From Chloroflexota bacterium (lineage in GTDB: Bacteria > Chloroflexota > UBA11872 > VXOZ01): a stretch of 64,000 bases of DNA. The stretch covers positions 2,400,001-2,464,000 of the forward strand of contig OY760183.1 in NCBI GenBank assembly GCA_963663275.1, written 5' to 3'. The notes below the pieces were generated by a model. It worked only from the letters and a program-made list of their open reading frames with translations, made no database searches and had not been told where the DNA came from. A program made the position numbers and the translations under genes. This document shows, piece after piece, positions 49,221 to 57,754 of the stretch (positions within the stretch are counted from its first letter, which is position 1; each line of letters begins with the position of its first letter).

Positions 49221-50378
49221 ATGGCTGGAACCTCTTTTTCCAATGGTTCAGAAGACTTTGACAGAGACGCGGACTACGGCAACGCGGGCGGCGAAACACG
49301 GCGGCCTGGACTGGGCCTTGTCATAGTGCTCAGCGTGACGGTCGCAACGCTCACGGGCGTTGTCGCCGGCAGTCTGGCGGCGTGGTTGATCCTGCGCGAC
49401 GCGCAAAGGGAGCCCGTACCCGTCAACCAGGCGCCAGTGATCACGTACGTGCAAGAAGCCGAGGCAAGAGCGTCTGCCGTCTACCAGGCCGTTGCGCCCA
49501 GCGTCGTTACCGTTTACGTACGGGACGAGGATCAACCGCGCAGGATGGGTGTCGGCACGGGCATCATCATCGATGGTGACGGCCACATCCTTACGAACAA
49601 CCACGTCATCAGCGAAGTTGAGCGGGTGCGCGTCGAGTTGCTCGACGGGAGCACACTCTACGCGGAAGTCGTTGGACGCGACCCGAGCACCGACCTGGCC
49701 GTGATCCGCGCCAACTTTCCCCAAGGCTTGGTGCAAATCGCGCGCTTTGGCGATTCCGGTTTGGTTCAGCCGGGTGACCCGGTCTTCGCTATCGGCGCGC
49801 CGTATATGTACGGCCACAGCATCACCGCCGGCATCGTGAGCGCGGTGGGCAGGGCTTACAATAGCGATGATCGGCGCGTGAGCGGCCTCATTCAAAGTGA
49901 TACCGAAATCAACCCCGGCAACTCCGGCGGACCGCTGCTCAACGACAACGGCGAGGTCATCGGCATTACCACGGCCATCCTGACGACGAACCGGAGTTTC
50001 ATGGGCGTCGGCCTGAGCATTCCCTCGAATTTAGTGCAACAACTGCTGCCGCAACTCATCGCGGGTGAAGGGATCCGCCGCGCGTTCCTGGGCATCATGA
50101 TGAGCACCGTTACCCCAAAACAAGCCTTGGACGACGAACTCGGCATCGGGGGTGGCGTTTCGGTGGACCGGGTCACGCCGGGCAGCGCCGCGTCCGCTGC
50201 CGGTATGCGCCGCGCCGACATCATTACCGCGTTTGACGGCGAGGCCGTCAAGAACGCCAACGACGTCATCGCGCTTATTCAGTCGAGGGGCGTGGGAGAC
50301 ACCGTCACGATCACGGTCTACCGCGACGGCGAGACGCTGGAACTCACGGCAACCCTCGGCGAAAGGCCGGCAGAGTAG
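49221..50378 (+). CDS. htrA: HtrA/DegP-family serine protease with PDZ
   Basis: N-terminal TM, ILTNNHV, DLAVI, INPGNSGGPL, C-terminal PDZ; ATG 49221 after AAGGAGG. Confidence 0.93.
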   Translation: MAGTSFSNGSEDFDRDADYGNAGGETRRPGLGLVIVLSVTVATLTGVVAGSLAAWLILRDAQREPVPVNQAPVITYVQEAEARASAVYQAVAPSVVTVYVRDEDQPRRMGVGTGIIIDGDGHILTNNHVISEVERVRVELLDGSTLYAEVVGRDPSTDLAVIRANFPQGLVQIARFGDSGLVQPGDPVFAIGAPYMYGHSITAGIVSAVGRAYNSDDRRVSGLIQSDTEINPGNSGGPLLNDNGEVIGITTAILTTNRSFMGVGLSIPSNLVQQLLPQLIAGEGIRRAFLGIMMSTVTPKQALDDELGIGGGVSVDRVTPGSAASAAGMRRADIITAFDGEAVKNANDVIALIQSRGVGDTVTITVYRDGETLELTATLGERPAE

Positions 50379-50478
50379 CGGCGCCACCTTTTCCATCGAT
50401 CGGCAGCGCCGGTTTGCGGCCTGCGGCGTCTCGACCTTCTGCCGTCCACACGTGCCAGATTCCACGGAGGGATAGACT

Positions 50479-51342
50479 GTGCTAAGCCAAAACCCCATGG
50501 CCACGCCGGATAGGCCGGCGTTGCCGAATCTGCCGACGAATCTGCCCGCCGGCGTGGAGGAAGACGCCGTGCTTACCGTTGTCGACGTGCGCGCCGTCGC
50601 TGTGGCCGGCTTTGCGGCGGGAGCGCTGGTGCCTTGTATTCCCCTGGTGTTGTTGGGCGTCGTTGGAATCGTCGCCACGCTTCTTTTGAATCGCGGCACG
50701 ATAGACTTCGCCACTGGCGCCACGTCCGCAAGCGGTGTGTCTCCATTGCTTGTGTTCACGCTCTTGTTGGCAATCCTTGGCAGCGGAGCGTTGGGCGCGA
50801 TCATGGGAGTGGTGCGCCGCTGGAGCGTGCGTCGAGGGATTTCGTGGGGTTTGTTGGTCGGCTCTTATTTTTCATCGCATCCCGGCCCGCAGTCGGTGAT
50901 TTCCCTCGCCGCAGTGCCAATTCTCGCTGCGGCCTTCTTGCACGCTTTGAGCGTCGCCGCTGGCTACTCCGTGAGTTTCGCGCCATTGTTCTTCCTGATA
51001 TTTCCACCCGCTTGGATCCTGGCCGGGCTGACGTTCGAGTCGGCATGGGAAGCCCTCATATTTGCCATGCTCCGAACTACGGCGGCAGAACCCCTGAAGT
51101 GGCTCGTGCGTGAGGCCGCGCTCTTTCGCCTGTTGAAAGACGACTCATACCTCTTCGACTGCCGCCTGCACACGGTCCGCATCAGTGCGGAAACCGGCGT
51201 GGCCCACATTCAGGGCGATTTCCGCACGCCGGACCAAATGCGCCGGGTGCGTGAAATTGCCGTGCGGGTGATTGGCGTGCGCGAGGTTGACGTCGTCCCT
51301 ACGCGGCCCGCGCAAACGAAACAGATGCCAAGTGGAACGTAG
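50479..51342 (+). CDS. Hypothetical multi-pass membrane protein with possible C-terminal BON-like domain
   Basis: Several hydrophobic segments; C-terminal GVAHIQG..T..Q...EIA..V.GV.EV pattern. Confidence 0.55.
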   Translation: MLSQNPMATPDRPALPNLPTNLPAGVEEDAVLTVVDVRAVAVAGFAAGALVPCIPLVLLGVVGIVATLLLNRGTIDFATGATSASGVSPLLVFTLLLAILGSGALGAIMGVVRRWSVRRGISWGLLVGSYFSSHPGPQSVISLAAVPILAAAFLHALSVAAGYSVSFAPLFFLIFPPAWILAGLTFESAWEALIFAMLRTTAAEPLKWLVREAALFRLLKDDSYLFDCRLHTVRISAETGVAHIQGDFRTPDQMRRVREIAVRVIGVREVDVVPTRPAQTKQMPSGT

Positions 51343-51412
51343 CAACCATGATTGTAATGTCAAGGGCAATGGCGCATCCCTTCAGCGCCCTGGCAGTGCG
51401 CCGGAGAGAACC

Positions 51413-52747
51413 GTGACCAGGCGCGCGTGGCTCGGTTCCGCGCTCGTCGGGGGGCAGGTCTTGCTCTTGAGTTGCGGCGGCGATGATGATGAAGAGCAAC
51501 CCGCGCCAGCGGAGCCAAGTTCCCGCCCGGGCGCAGCAATCGAAACGCCAAAGGAGTCCCAACCGCTCACGCTGGCGGTCTTCGACCATCCTCTCACCGT
51601 CACGCCCGGCCAGAAAGCCGTGCAGGAGTGGGAGAAGGGCAATGTTCCCGGCGCGCCAGAGGGAACGTCGATGCGGTTCGTCAAGGCTCCCGCGCAGGGC
51701 GGAGCCAGCGACGTGCTGGCGTCACTGGCGGCGGGAGGAATAACCCCGGACTTCATCTGGCTGCCGCACTGGGAGGACATTCCCGCCGTCTTCAAGGACG
51801 GGCTGCTTGCGCCGCTGGACCGCTGGTTGCAGGTGGATACGTCCAATCCCTTAGAGGACTTTGCGGAAGAAGCCCGCCGCCTGGTGCGGTTTCGCGCTCA
51901 AACGCTGGCGTTGCCGCTGGCCGTCGCTCCGGTTGTGCTGGCCCACAACGCGCCCCGCTTCGAGAGCGCCAACGTAGCGCCGCCCACCGGCGAATGGACG
52001 TGGGTAGACTTCATCGAGGCGGGCAAACGTCTGACCGAGGACGCCAACGGCGACGGCGCCACCGATCGCTGGGGCTTCATGGCGCCGGGGCAGTTCCCGG
52101 AGTGGCTCGCCTTCTTGCAGCAAGAGGGCGGCACGGCCATGGATCTGGACACCGGCACAGTCGGCATGGCGGAACCGGCCAGCCTGCGCGCCCTCACGGC
52201 GTGGGATGAATTGGGAAGCGTGCACGGCATCCTGCCCCATGGGCCAGACGTTTCCGTGGCAGGACTGCGAGGCTCCAACGACTTCCGCCAGAGAGGAATG
52301 CACTTCTCGCTCTTCTTTCATCGCCTGCCCGAGCAGTGGCGAGCGGTCACGCCGCTGCCGACCGGGGCCCGGGCCATCACGCCGTTGGCGCTAACGGAGG
52401 CGCTAGCAATCCCGGACGCCGCGCCGGGCGAACGCGCTTACGAGGCCCTTGTGCCCTTGGCGCGCTGGATTGGCGAACGCCGCGTGCTGCCCGCCGCCAG
52501 CGCCGGCTGGCAGTATATCCGGCGGCCGGATCGAGAGCACTTCAACCTGGTCTTTCCCGAATCGACGCAGGATACGCTGACACACGCGCTTGCTCACGCC
52601 AAGGCGTCCTACGTGGCCAGCAGCCCGGGGCTGTCCCAGGCGCTCTTCAATATCGTCACGTACCGCTTGGCGCGGGGCGAAGTGAGCATTGAGCAGGCAA
52701 TCGAGCAGGCAGCGAACTGGCTGGAGCGGTGGCTCCTGAACGAATAA
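51413..52747 (+). CDS. Extracellular solute-binding protein, Tat lipoprotein
   Basis: TRRAWL, LLSC lipobox, WTWVDFIEAGKRLT, DANGDG; GTG 51413 after GGAGAG, matching paralog start. Confidence 0.8.
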   Translation: MTRRAWLGSALVGGQVLLLSCGGDDDEEQPAPAEPSSRPGAAIETPKESQPLTLAVFDHPLTVTPGQKAVQEWEKGNVPGAPEGTSMRFVKAPAQGGASDVLASLAAGGITPDFIWLPHWEDIPAVFKDGLLAPLDRWLQVDTSNPLEDFAEEARRLVRFRAQTLALPLAVAPVVLAHNAPRFESANVAPPTGEWTWVDFIEAGKRLTEDANGDGATDRWGFMAPGQFPEWLAFLQQEGGTAMDLDTGTVGMAEPASLRALTAWDELGSVHGILPHGPDVSVAGLRGSNDFRQRGMHFSLFFHRLPEQWRAVTPLPTGARAITPLALTEALAIPDAAPGERAYEALVPLARWIGERRVLPAASAGWQYIRRPDREHFNLVFPESTQDTLTHALAHAKASYVASSPGLSQALFNIVTYRLARGEVSIEQAIEQAANWLERWLLNE

Positions 52748-52766
52748 CGTGAACAACGTGCCCGAC

Positions 52767-52906
52767 GAGACCTTTGCATAACTCCGTCATTCCGGTGAAA
52801 ACCGGAATCCAGCGTGCTTTTACAACTAAAGCTTGCATGAAGTCAAGCCATTTCGCCCCCCATCCCAACCTTCCCCCCATCGGGGAAGGGGTTACGCAAA
52901 GGTCTC
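52767..52906. mobile_element. 140-bp MITE-like element with IS1106/IS5-like terminal inverted repeats
   Basis: GAGACCTTTGCATAACTCC / revcomp GAGACCTTTGCGTAACCCC (17/19); flanks CGAC / CAAC; contains family C and F palindromes. Confidence 0.7.
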
Positions 52907-52935
52907 CAACGGCGGATATTGCTTGACATAAACAA

Positions 52936-52959
52936 AGCCTGCCGCGCGTGCGGCAGGCT
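52936..52959. terminator. Hairpin between convergent genes
   Basis: AGCCTGCCGC-GCGT-GCGGCAGGCT. Confidence 0.55.
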
Positions 52960-53003
52960 CCCTTGTGCTTTCATAGACTGTCAGGCCGGTCGCTCAGCCG
53001 GGA

Positions 53004-53291
53004 CTAATCCGCGCGGCCGGGCACGAACCCTTCAGAGCCAAGCAACTTCTGGGCCTCTTCCAGCGTCTCATCCGGCGGCGGCAGAATGACATCCGACGGC
53101 ACGATCTCGTCATCCGGCAGCGGCGTCCCTCTTTCGGTCACCAGGTCGTGCATCTGTTGGAGCAACTGTTGAAAGGCCTCGTTGTCGGACCCGTCTACAG
53201 ACTGCTCGATCGCGTCATCGAATTGCTGAAGTTCCGATATGATGTCGTCGTCAAGGCGGAACTGGCCCAACGTGGCAATGCGGACAATCAT
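53004..53291 (-). CDS. PspA-associated protein PspAA-like
   Basis: MIVRIATLGQFRL...SDVILPP.D.TLEE; 4-bp overlap with pspA. Confidence 0.8.
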   Translation of the reverse strand: MIVRIATLGQFRLDDDIISELQQFDDAIEQSVDGSDNEAFQQLLQQMHDLVTERGTPLPDDEIVPSDVILPPPDETLEEAQKLLGSEGFVPGRAD

Positions 53292-54019
53292 GCGCGGTCC
53301 TCCAACTGCTTCTTTTCTTTGCCTGCCAGTTGCCGTTTGAGCGACGCCAACTCGTCGTCCACACCGCTTTCGGCGCTGAGTTTGTTGAGTTCACGGTCCA
53401 CGAAGTCGGAGCGCGAGCCGGTGGAGTCCTCGAGCACGCCGGTGTCCACCAGTTCGTCGATTGCCAGCGCCCGCGCCTGGAGCGATTCCGTGCGCTCTTC
53501 CGCCCGCTCCACCAGCAGCGAAACGTCGGCCATCTCCTCGGATAAACCGGATACGGACTCGCTAATCCGCGTCTGCGCCTCCGCCGCGCTGTACTGGGCC
53601 TTGATGACCTCTTTGCGCGTGCGAAAGTTCTCCACTTTCGCCACGAGTTTCTGCTCGGTGAGGGCCAGGCGTTCCTGATCCTGCTCCAGCGCATGGACCT
53701 GCTGCCGCAGTCCTTCGGCCTGCGTCACGATCAGTTGCTTGCGCTGCAGCGCGATGCGCGCCAGGTCTTCACGGCCGGCTTCGATGGCGCGCTGGGCCTG
53801 GTCTACCAGTTTGGCCTCGTTGCTCTCCAGCTTGGCCGCCTGCATTTCCAAGCGCCGTTTGGACGTCACCACCTCTACGATGCCGCGCTTGACCTTGTGC
53901 AACTGCTCAAGCTGCCGTTCGTACGCGTAGTCCAACGTCTCCGCCGGGTCTTCACTCCGGTCCAGCAATGCGTTTATCTTGGCGCTGAGCACAGCGCCCA
54001 TCCGCGAAAATACGCCCAT
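53288..54019 (-). CDS. pspA: PspA/IM30 family protein
   Basis: MGVFSR..INALLDRSEDP, AGREDLARIAL, coiled coil, VDDELASLK. Confidence 0.92.
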   Translation of the reverse strand: MGVFSRMGAVLSAKINALLDRSEDPAETLDYAYERQLEQLHKVKRGIVEVVTSKRRLEMQAAKLESNEAKLVDQAQRAIEAGREDLARIALQRKQLIVTQAEGLRQQVHALEQDQERLALTEQKLVAKVENFRTRKEVIKAQYSAAEAQTRISESVSGLSEEMADVSLLVERAEERTESLQARALAIDELVDTGVLEDSTGSRSDFVDRELNKLSAESGVDDELASLKRQLAGKEKKQLEDRA

Positions 54020-54179
54020 TCACACTCCTCCGGAATCGTGGCCGCTCGCATTCCCATCGTCCGCTGCCCTTAATTCAAGTATCCCACACGCCATTTGCTC
54101 GGTCAAACCATCTTGCAAAGCGCCACCGGCCCATCCCCGTCCGCACGAGGGAACCGGCGCGGAGAGCCAAGTATCCTAT

Positions 54180-54208
54180 TTGACATTTACATAATACTCA
54201 TATAACCT
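54180..54208 (+). promoter_or_regulatory. Sigma70-type promoter upstream of SBP 54355
   Basis: TTGACA-N17-TAACCT in AT-rich patch. Confidence 0.55.
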
Positions 54209-54354
54209 ATAGATGCCGCGACCAGGCGTGGGGACGCAGCGCGAACCCGTTGGCGGGTAGAGGACAATTGAGCGGCGTTCACCGTAGGCTTGGCCCACCA
54301 CAAGGGCACTTCCAGTAGCCGACGCGAGGCCCCGACGGAATAGGAGAGAATCCC

Positions 54355-55740
54355 GTGACACGACGCGAGTGGCTTGGCAATATGTTGCTCGGCGGCGCGG
54401 TCGCGCTGCTGGCAAGTTGCGGCGGCGACGAAGATGAAGAGCCGCCGCCGGACGCAGAGCCCACGCCCCGGACCGGGAACGTCGTCGCAGCCGCCAAGGA
54501 GCCCCAAGCGCTTCGGTTGGCGTGGCTGGAGCATCCAAACGCAGTCAATCCTCCCAAGCCAAGCATTCTCGGCCGTGAAGCGCTGCGTGGGTGGAATGAC
54601 GGAAGCATTCCCGGCAGGCCTGACGAATCCACGCTTGAGCACACTCCAATTCCGCTGAAGAGGGACGAGAATCAGAGAATCCAGCTATCCATATCAGTCA
54701 TGGACTTCCTCGCCGCCGGCGCGGCCGGCGGGGTTGCCGCGGCGGACGTTGTGTGGCTACCTCGCTACGCGGACATCTTCTTCCTCATCCAGACAGAACT
54801 GTTCACTCCCCTCGACCGCTGGCTGCAGGCGGACAAACGGGCACCGCTCGACGCTTTTGGGGAAGAAGCCCTGCGTCTTGTGCGGATCAATGGTCGGACG
54901 CTAGGCCTACCGTTGGCGGTAGCCCCGGGCGTCCTGGGATACAATGCCGACCGCTTCCAAGGCGCCAGCGTGCCCCCGGCCGCCAGCGCATGGACCTGGC
55001 AGGAATTCATAGACGCCGGTAAGCAGCTCACCCAGGACGTCGATGGCGACGGCGCTCTCGATCAATGGGGCTTTGCGGCGAACTGGGACTTCCCGGATTG
55101 GTTGCCGCTGTTGCTGCAAGAGGGCGGCGAGGTGGTAGACCTGGACACGGGCAGGATAGAGATGGATGCGCCGGCCAGCGCGCGGGCGCTCACGGCCTGG
55201 GATGAGTTTGGCCGGGTTCACGGCATCCACCCCTACGGGCCCGAAGTCTCAGGAGACGACCTGCGGGGCTGGGGTGACGCTCAGCAAAGCGGCATGCGCT
55301 TTTCGCGGTTCGTGAAGCAGGCGTGGCACTATTGGCCGGACTTTGCGCCCATGCCGCGAGGGCCGCAGACGACCACGCCGCTCGGGCTCGAGGAAGCGCT
55401 GGCCGTGCCGGCCGCGGCGGCGGAGGACAGCGCCTATGCGGCGCTCGTTCCACTCGCACATTGGATTGGAGAGCGGCGCGTCTTGCCGGCGGTGACCGCC
55501 GGCTGGCAGTACATCGAGAACCCCGATACCGACCACTTTGACTTGATCTTCCCTGAAGCAAATCAAGAAGTTGCCGTATACGCTTTGGAGAATGCGAAGG
55601 CTTCATACGCTGCCAGCAGTTCAGCGATTTCCTACCACCTCTTCCAACAGGTCACCCTCCCGCTCGCGCGCGGGGAAGTGGGTGTGGAACAGGCGATCGA
55701 TCAGGCAGTGGCCTGGCTGCAAAGTTACGTGACCGAATGA
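54355..55740 (+). CDS. Extracellular solute-binding protein, Tat lipoprotein (paralog of 51413-52747)
   Basis: TRREWL, LASC, PLDRWLQ, DVDGDG, WIGERRVLPA, LARGEV..EQAI. Confidence 0.82.
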   Translation: MTRREWLGNMLLGGAVALLASCGGDEDEEPPPDAEPTPRTGNVVAAAKEPQALRLAWLEHPNAVNPPKPSILGREALRGWNDGSIPGRPDESTLEHTPIPLKRDENQRIQLSISVMDFLAAGAAGGVAAADVVWLPRYADIFFLIQTELFTPLDRWLQADKRAPLDAFGEEALRLVRINGRTLGLPLAVAPGVLGYNADRFQGASVPPAASAWTWQEFIDAGKQLTQDVDGDGALDQWGFAANWDFPDWLPLLLQEGGEVVDLDTGRIEMDAPASARALTAWDEFGRVHGIHPYGPEVSGDDLRGWGDAQQSGMRFSRFVKQAWHYWPDFAPMPRGPQTTTPLGLEEALAVPAAAAEDSAYAALVPLAHWIGERRVLPAVTAGWQYIENPDTDHFDLIFPEANQEVAVYALENAKASYAASSSAISYHLFQQVTLPLARGEVGVEQAIDQAVAWLQSYVTE

Positions 55741-55872
55741 ATGCCGCCGTTACCCGACCGAAAGAACGCCGCCAATAAGTTCCGAGAATGTATCTTCTCG
55801 GAACTTATTGGCAGCCACCATCCCGGCCCCGCCGTTTCTCCGTCCACGGCAGCGCAGCGCGTTCCCTGTGCT

Positions 55873-56046
55873 CCGATAGCGCAGGTTTGTAACCTGCGTC
55901 TCTTCTTCCCCGGTAGCGCGGGTTTGCAACCTGCGCATTCTCTCCTCCGGTAGCGCAGGTTTGCAATCTGCGCATTCTCTCCCCCGGTAGCGCAGGTTTG
56001 TAACCTGTGTATTCTCACGTCCGGTAGCGCAGGTTTGTAATCTGCG
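55873..56046. repeat. Tandem array of five REP-B units, period 37 bp
   Basis: CCG(G/A)TAGCGC(A/G)GGTTTG(T/C)AA(C/T)CTG(C/T)G at 55873, 55910, 55947, 55984, 56021 with similar pyrimidine-rich linkers. Confidence 0.88.
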
Positions 56047-56108
56047 TCGAGCGGCTAGCTCAAGAGCGGCAACTCGCCTTTGGAAAGTCGCCGGCGCGCG
56101 CCGCACCT

Positions 56109-56141
56109 GGTGTAGGGGCACGACATGTCGTGCCCCTACAC
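56109..56141. repeat. GTAG-type palindrome family E
   Basis: GGTGTAGGGGCACGACATGTCGTGCCCTACACC near-perfect palindrome. Confidence 0.65.
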
Positions 56142-56252
56142 CGCGTGACGAGAGCCCAGCCGTATTTCAACAGTGCAGATTCGCCTTAATGGCCAAAGTC
56201 AGGAATCGGTGCGACGAAACTTCGGACAATGCTTCCGTGCCACGCTGCCCAT

Positions 56253-56276
56253 GCGGGGGACAAGCCCCGCGCTACG
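56253..56276. repeat. Single REP-A (reverse orientation)
   Basis: GCGGGGGACAAGCCCCGCGCTACG. Confidence 0.75.
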
Positions 56277-56308
56277 TTAGCGCGTAAAGCACTTGAGACA
56301 ATTCCAAC

Positions 56309-57373
56309 TCAAAGCGTATAGGCGGAATAGCCATTCGCGCACGGGTTGCCGTAGCTCACGTGGAGCCGCCCTTGAAGCGGTTCCATGACGTAGGAGGCCA
56401 CGGTCTCGATGCTCTCCGCCGTGCCGTCGTTATGTCTACAAATGCTGTGGGGATGTCCCTCGTGATCCGACATCATCCGCATCACGTCGTGCGCGGACAC
56501 GCGCTTAGCCACCGAGACGAGTTGCTCCGCCCGCTCGCAGCGCGGCGCCGAATCCGGCAGTTGCTCCCGAAAGGTGTCGAACTCCTCAAGTTCGGGGGAA
56601 AGGATGTTATTCGTGTGCGCCAGGGTACCGTCGGCGGTCTCGATCACGCCCACACCGTGGGGCGCGGCGATTTCGGCATCCGCCAAGCGGTTCTCGCCGT
56701 CCACCATAAGGTAATTGCCCGCGGAAGAGAATGTGGTCTTGCTCATTATGTCAAGAACTTCCGCCAGGTTGCGGCATTCCAGAATGCGCCGTTTGAGCGG
56801 ATAGTGCGAAACGCCCACCCGCCAACCCTCGGTGTAAAGTTGGTTCTGCACAAACGCCACGCCGTGCTCGTTGAAGCCGGGATAGCCGATGACCCCCGCC
56901 CACGTGAACATGATGAACGCCGGCTTATTCTGTGGCGCGACCCGCAGCACCACGCCCACGTCCTTCATCCAGTCCCCCACGTCCTGATTCTGCGCAATGA
57001 TCGTGCTCTCGTTGTCCGTGCGGCTGGTGAGGAAGCCGAGGGAACTACAGCCATCGCTCAAACCGGCGTCGCCCAGGGTAAGCTCGGTGCGCACGTTGAG
57101 CAGCACGATCTCGGCAAACGAGACGTTCGCGCCGGCGGCGATGCCTTCCATCTCCTCGAGCGCGTCGGGAATGAACCCCCGGATCGACGGCACGAACGAT
57201 TCCGCCCGCGCGCGCAGCGTTGCCCGGTCCTGGCGCTTGTGTTGGCCGATCGACTGGTACGAGTGTTCCAAAAAAGTATGGATCTGCTCGCGGCAGGCCT
57301 CACCGTGCTGGCGCCCCAGTTCGCGCGGCGTGCCCGCAACCTCGAAGAACGGATAGCGTGCTGACTGTCCCAT
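56309..57373 (-). CDS. C45-family Ntn hydrolase (acyl-CoA:6-APA acyltransferase-like)
   Basis: G.PRELGRQHG, EEMEGIA.GA, LNVRTE, DGCSS nucleophile, AQNQD, HTN, SICRH. Confidence 0.88.
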   Translation of the reverse strand: MGQSARYPFFEVAGTPRELGRQHGEACREQIHTFLEHSYQSIGQHKRQDRATLRARAESFVPSIRGFIPDALEEMEGIAAGANVSFAEIVLLNVRTELTLGDAGLSDGCSSLGFLTSRTDNESTIIAQNQDVGDWMKDVGVVLRVAPQNKPAFIMFTWAGVIGYPGFNEHGVAFVQNQLYTEGWRVGVSHYPLKRRILECRNLAEVLDIMSKTTFSSAGNYLMVDGENRLADAEIAAPHGVGVIETADGTLAHTNNILSPELEEFDTFREQLPDSAPRCERAEQLVSVAKRVSAHDVMRMMSDHEGHPHSICRHNDGTAESIETVASYVMEPLQGRLHVSYGNPCANGYSAYTL

Positions 57374-57591
57374 GGAGTGATTCCTCTTATGTAAACCTTC
57401 ACCTCTTCCGCGCTAGCCTTGGCGGCCAGGCCGGTCATCCACATCGTACGCCGCCCGCCGCGCGGCGGCAAGCGCTCGTATTGATTGCCCAATAGTGCCA
57501 TACTGGCGCCAGGGGCATTGAAAACGCTGCCAATCTACGTGCCCGCTAGGCCTGCCCCGCGCGACGAGATCGGGAAGCGGGGCCAAAGCTC

Positions 57592-57753
57592 CAATGCTGT
57601 CGCGTAAACGTAGCGCGGGGGCTTGTCCCCCGCCTGAACAAGAACAATGAAGACGAAATCGATTGACCCGACGGAAGACGCAGGTTACAAACCTGCGCTA
57701 CCGGAGAATCGGGCGTAGTCTTCACTCTCATTGCGTTTAGTGCGGAAGAATCA
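57592..57753. mobile_element. Second, more decayed copy of the 162-bp IS4-like MITE
   Basis: Colinear with 18440-18601 (about 25 mismatches in 162 by manual alignment); flanks GGCCAAAGCTC / AGGACTAGCTC resemble a decayed REP-A core duplication. Confidence 0.8.
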
Positions 57754-57754
57754 A

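Noticed and set aside
56309-57373. Beta-lactam biosynthetic cluster
   Set aside because: C45 hydrolases are common in bacteria; no ACV synthetase or IPNS in the window.
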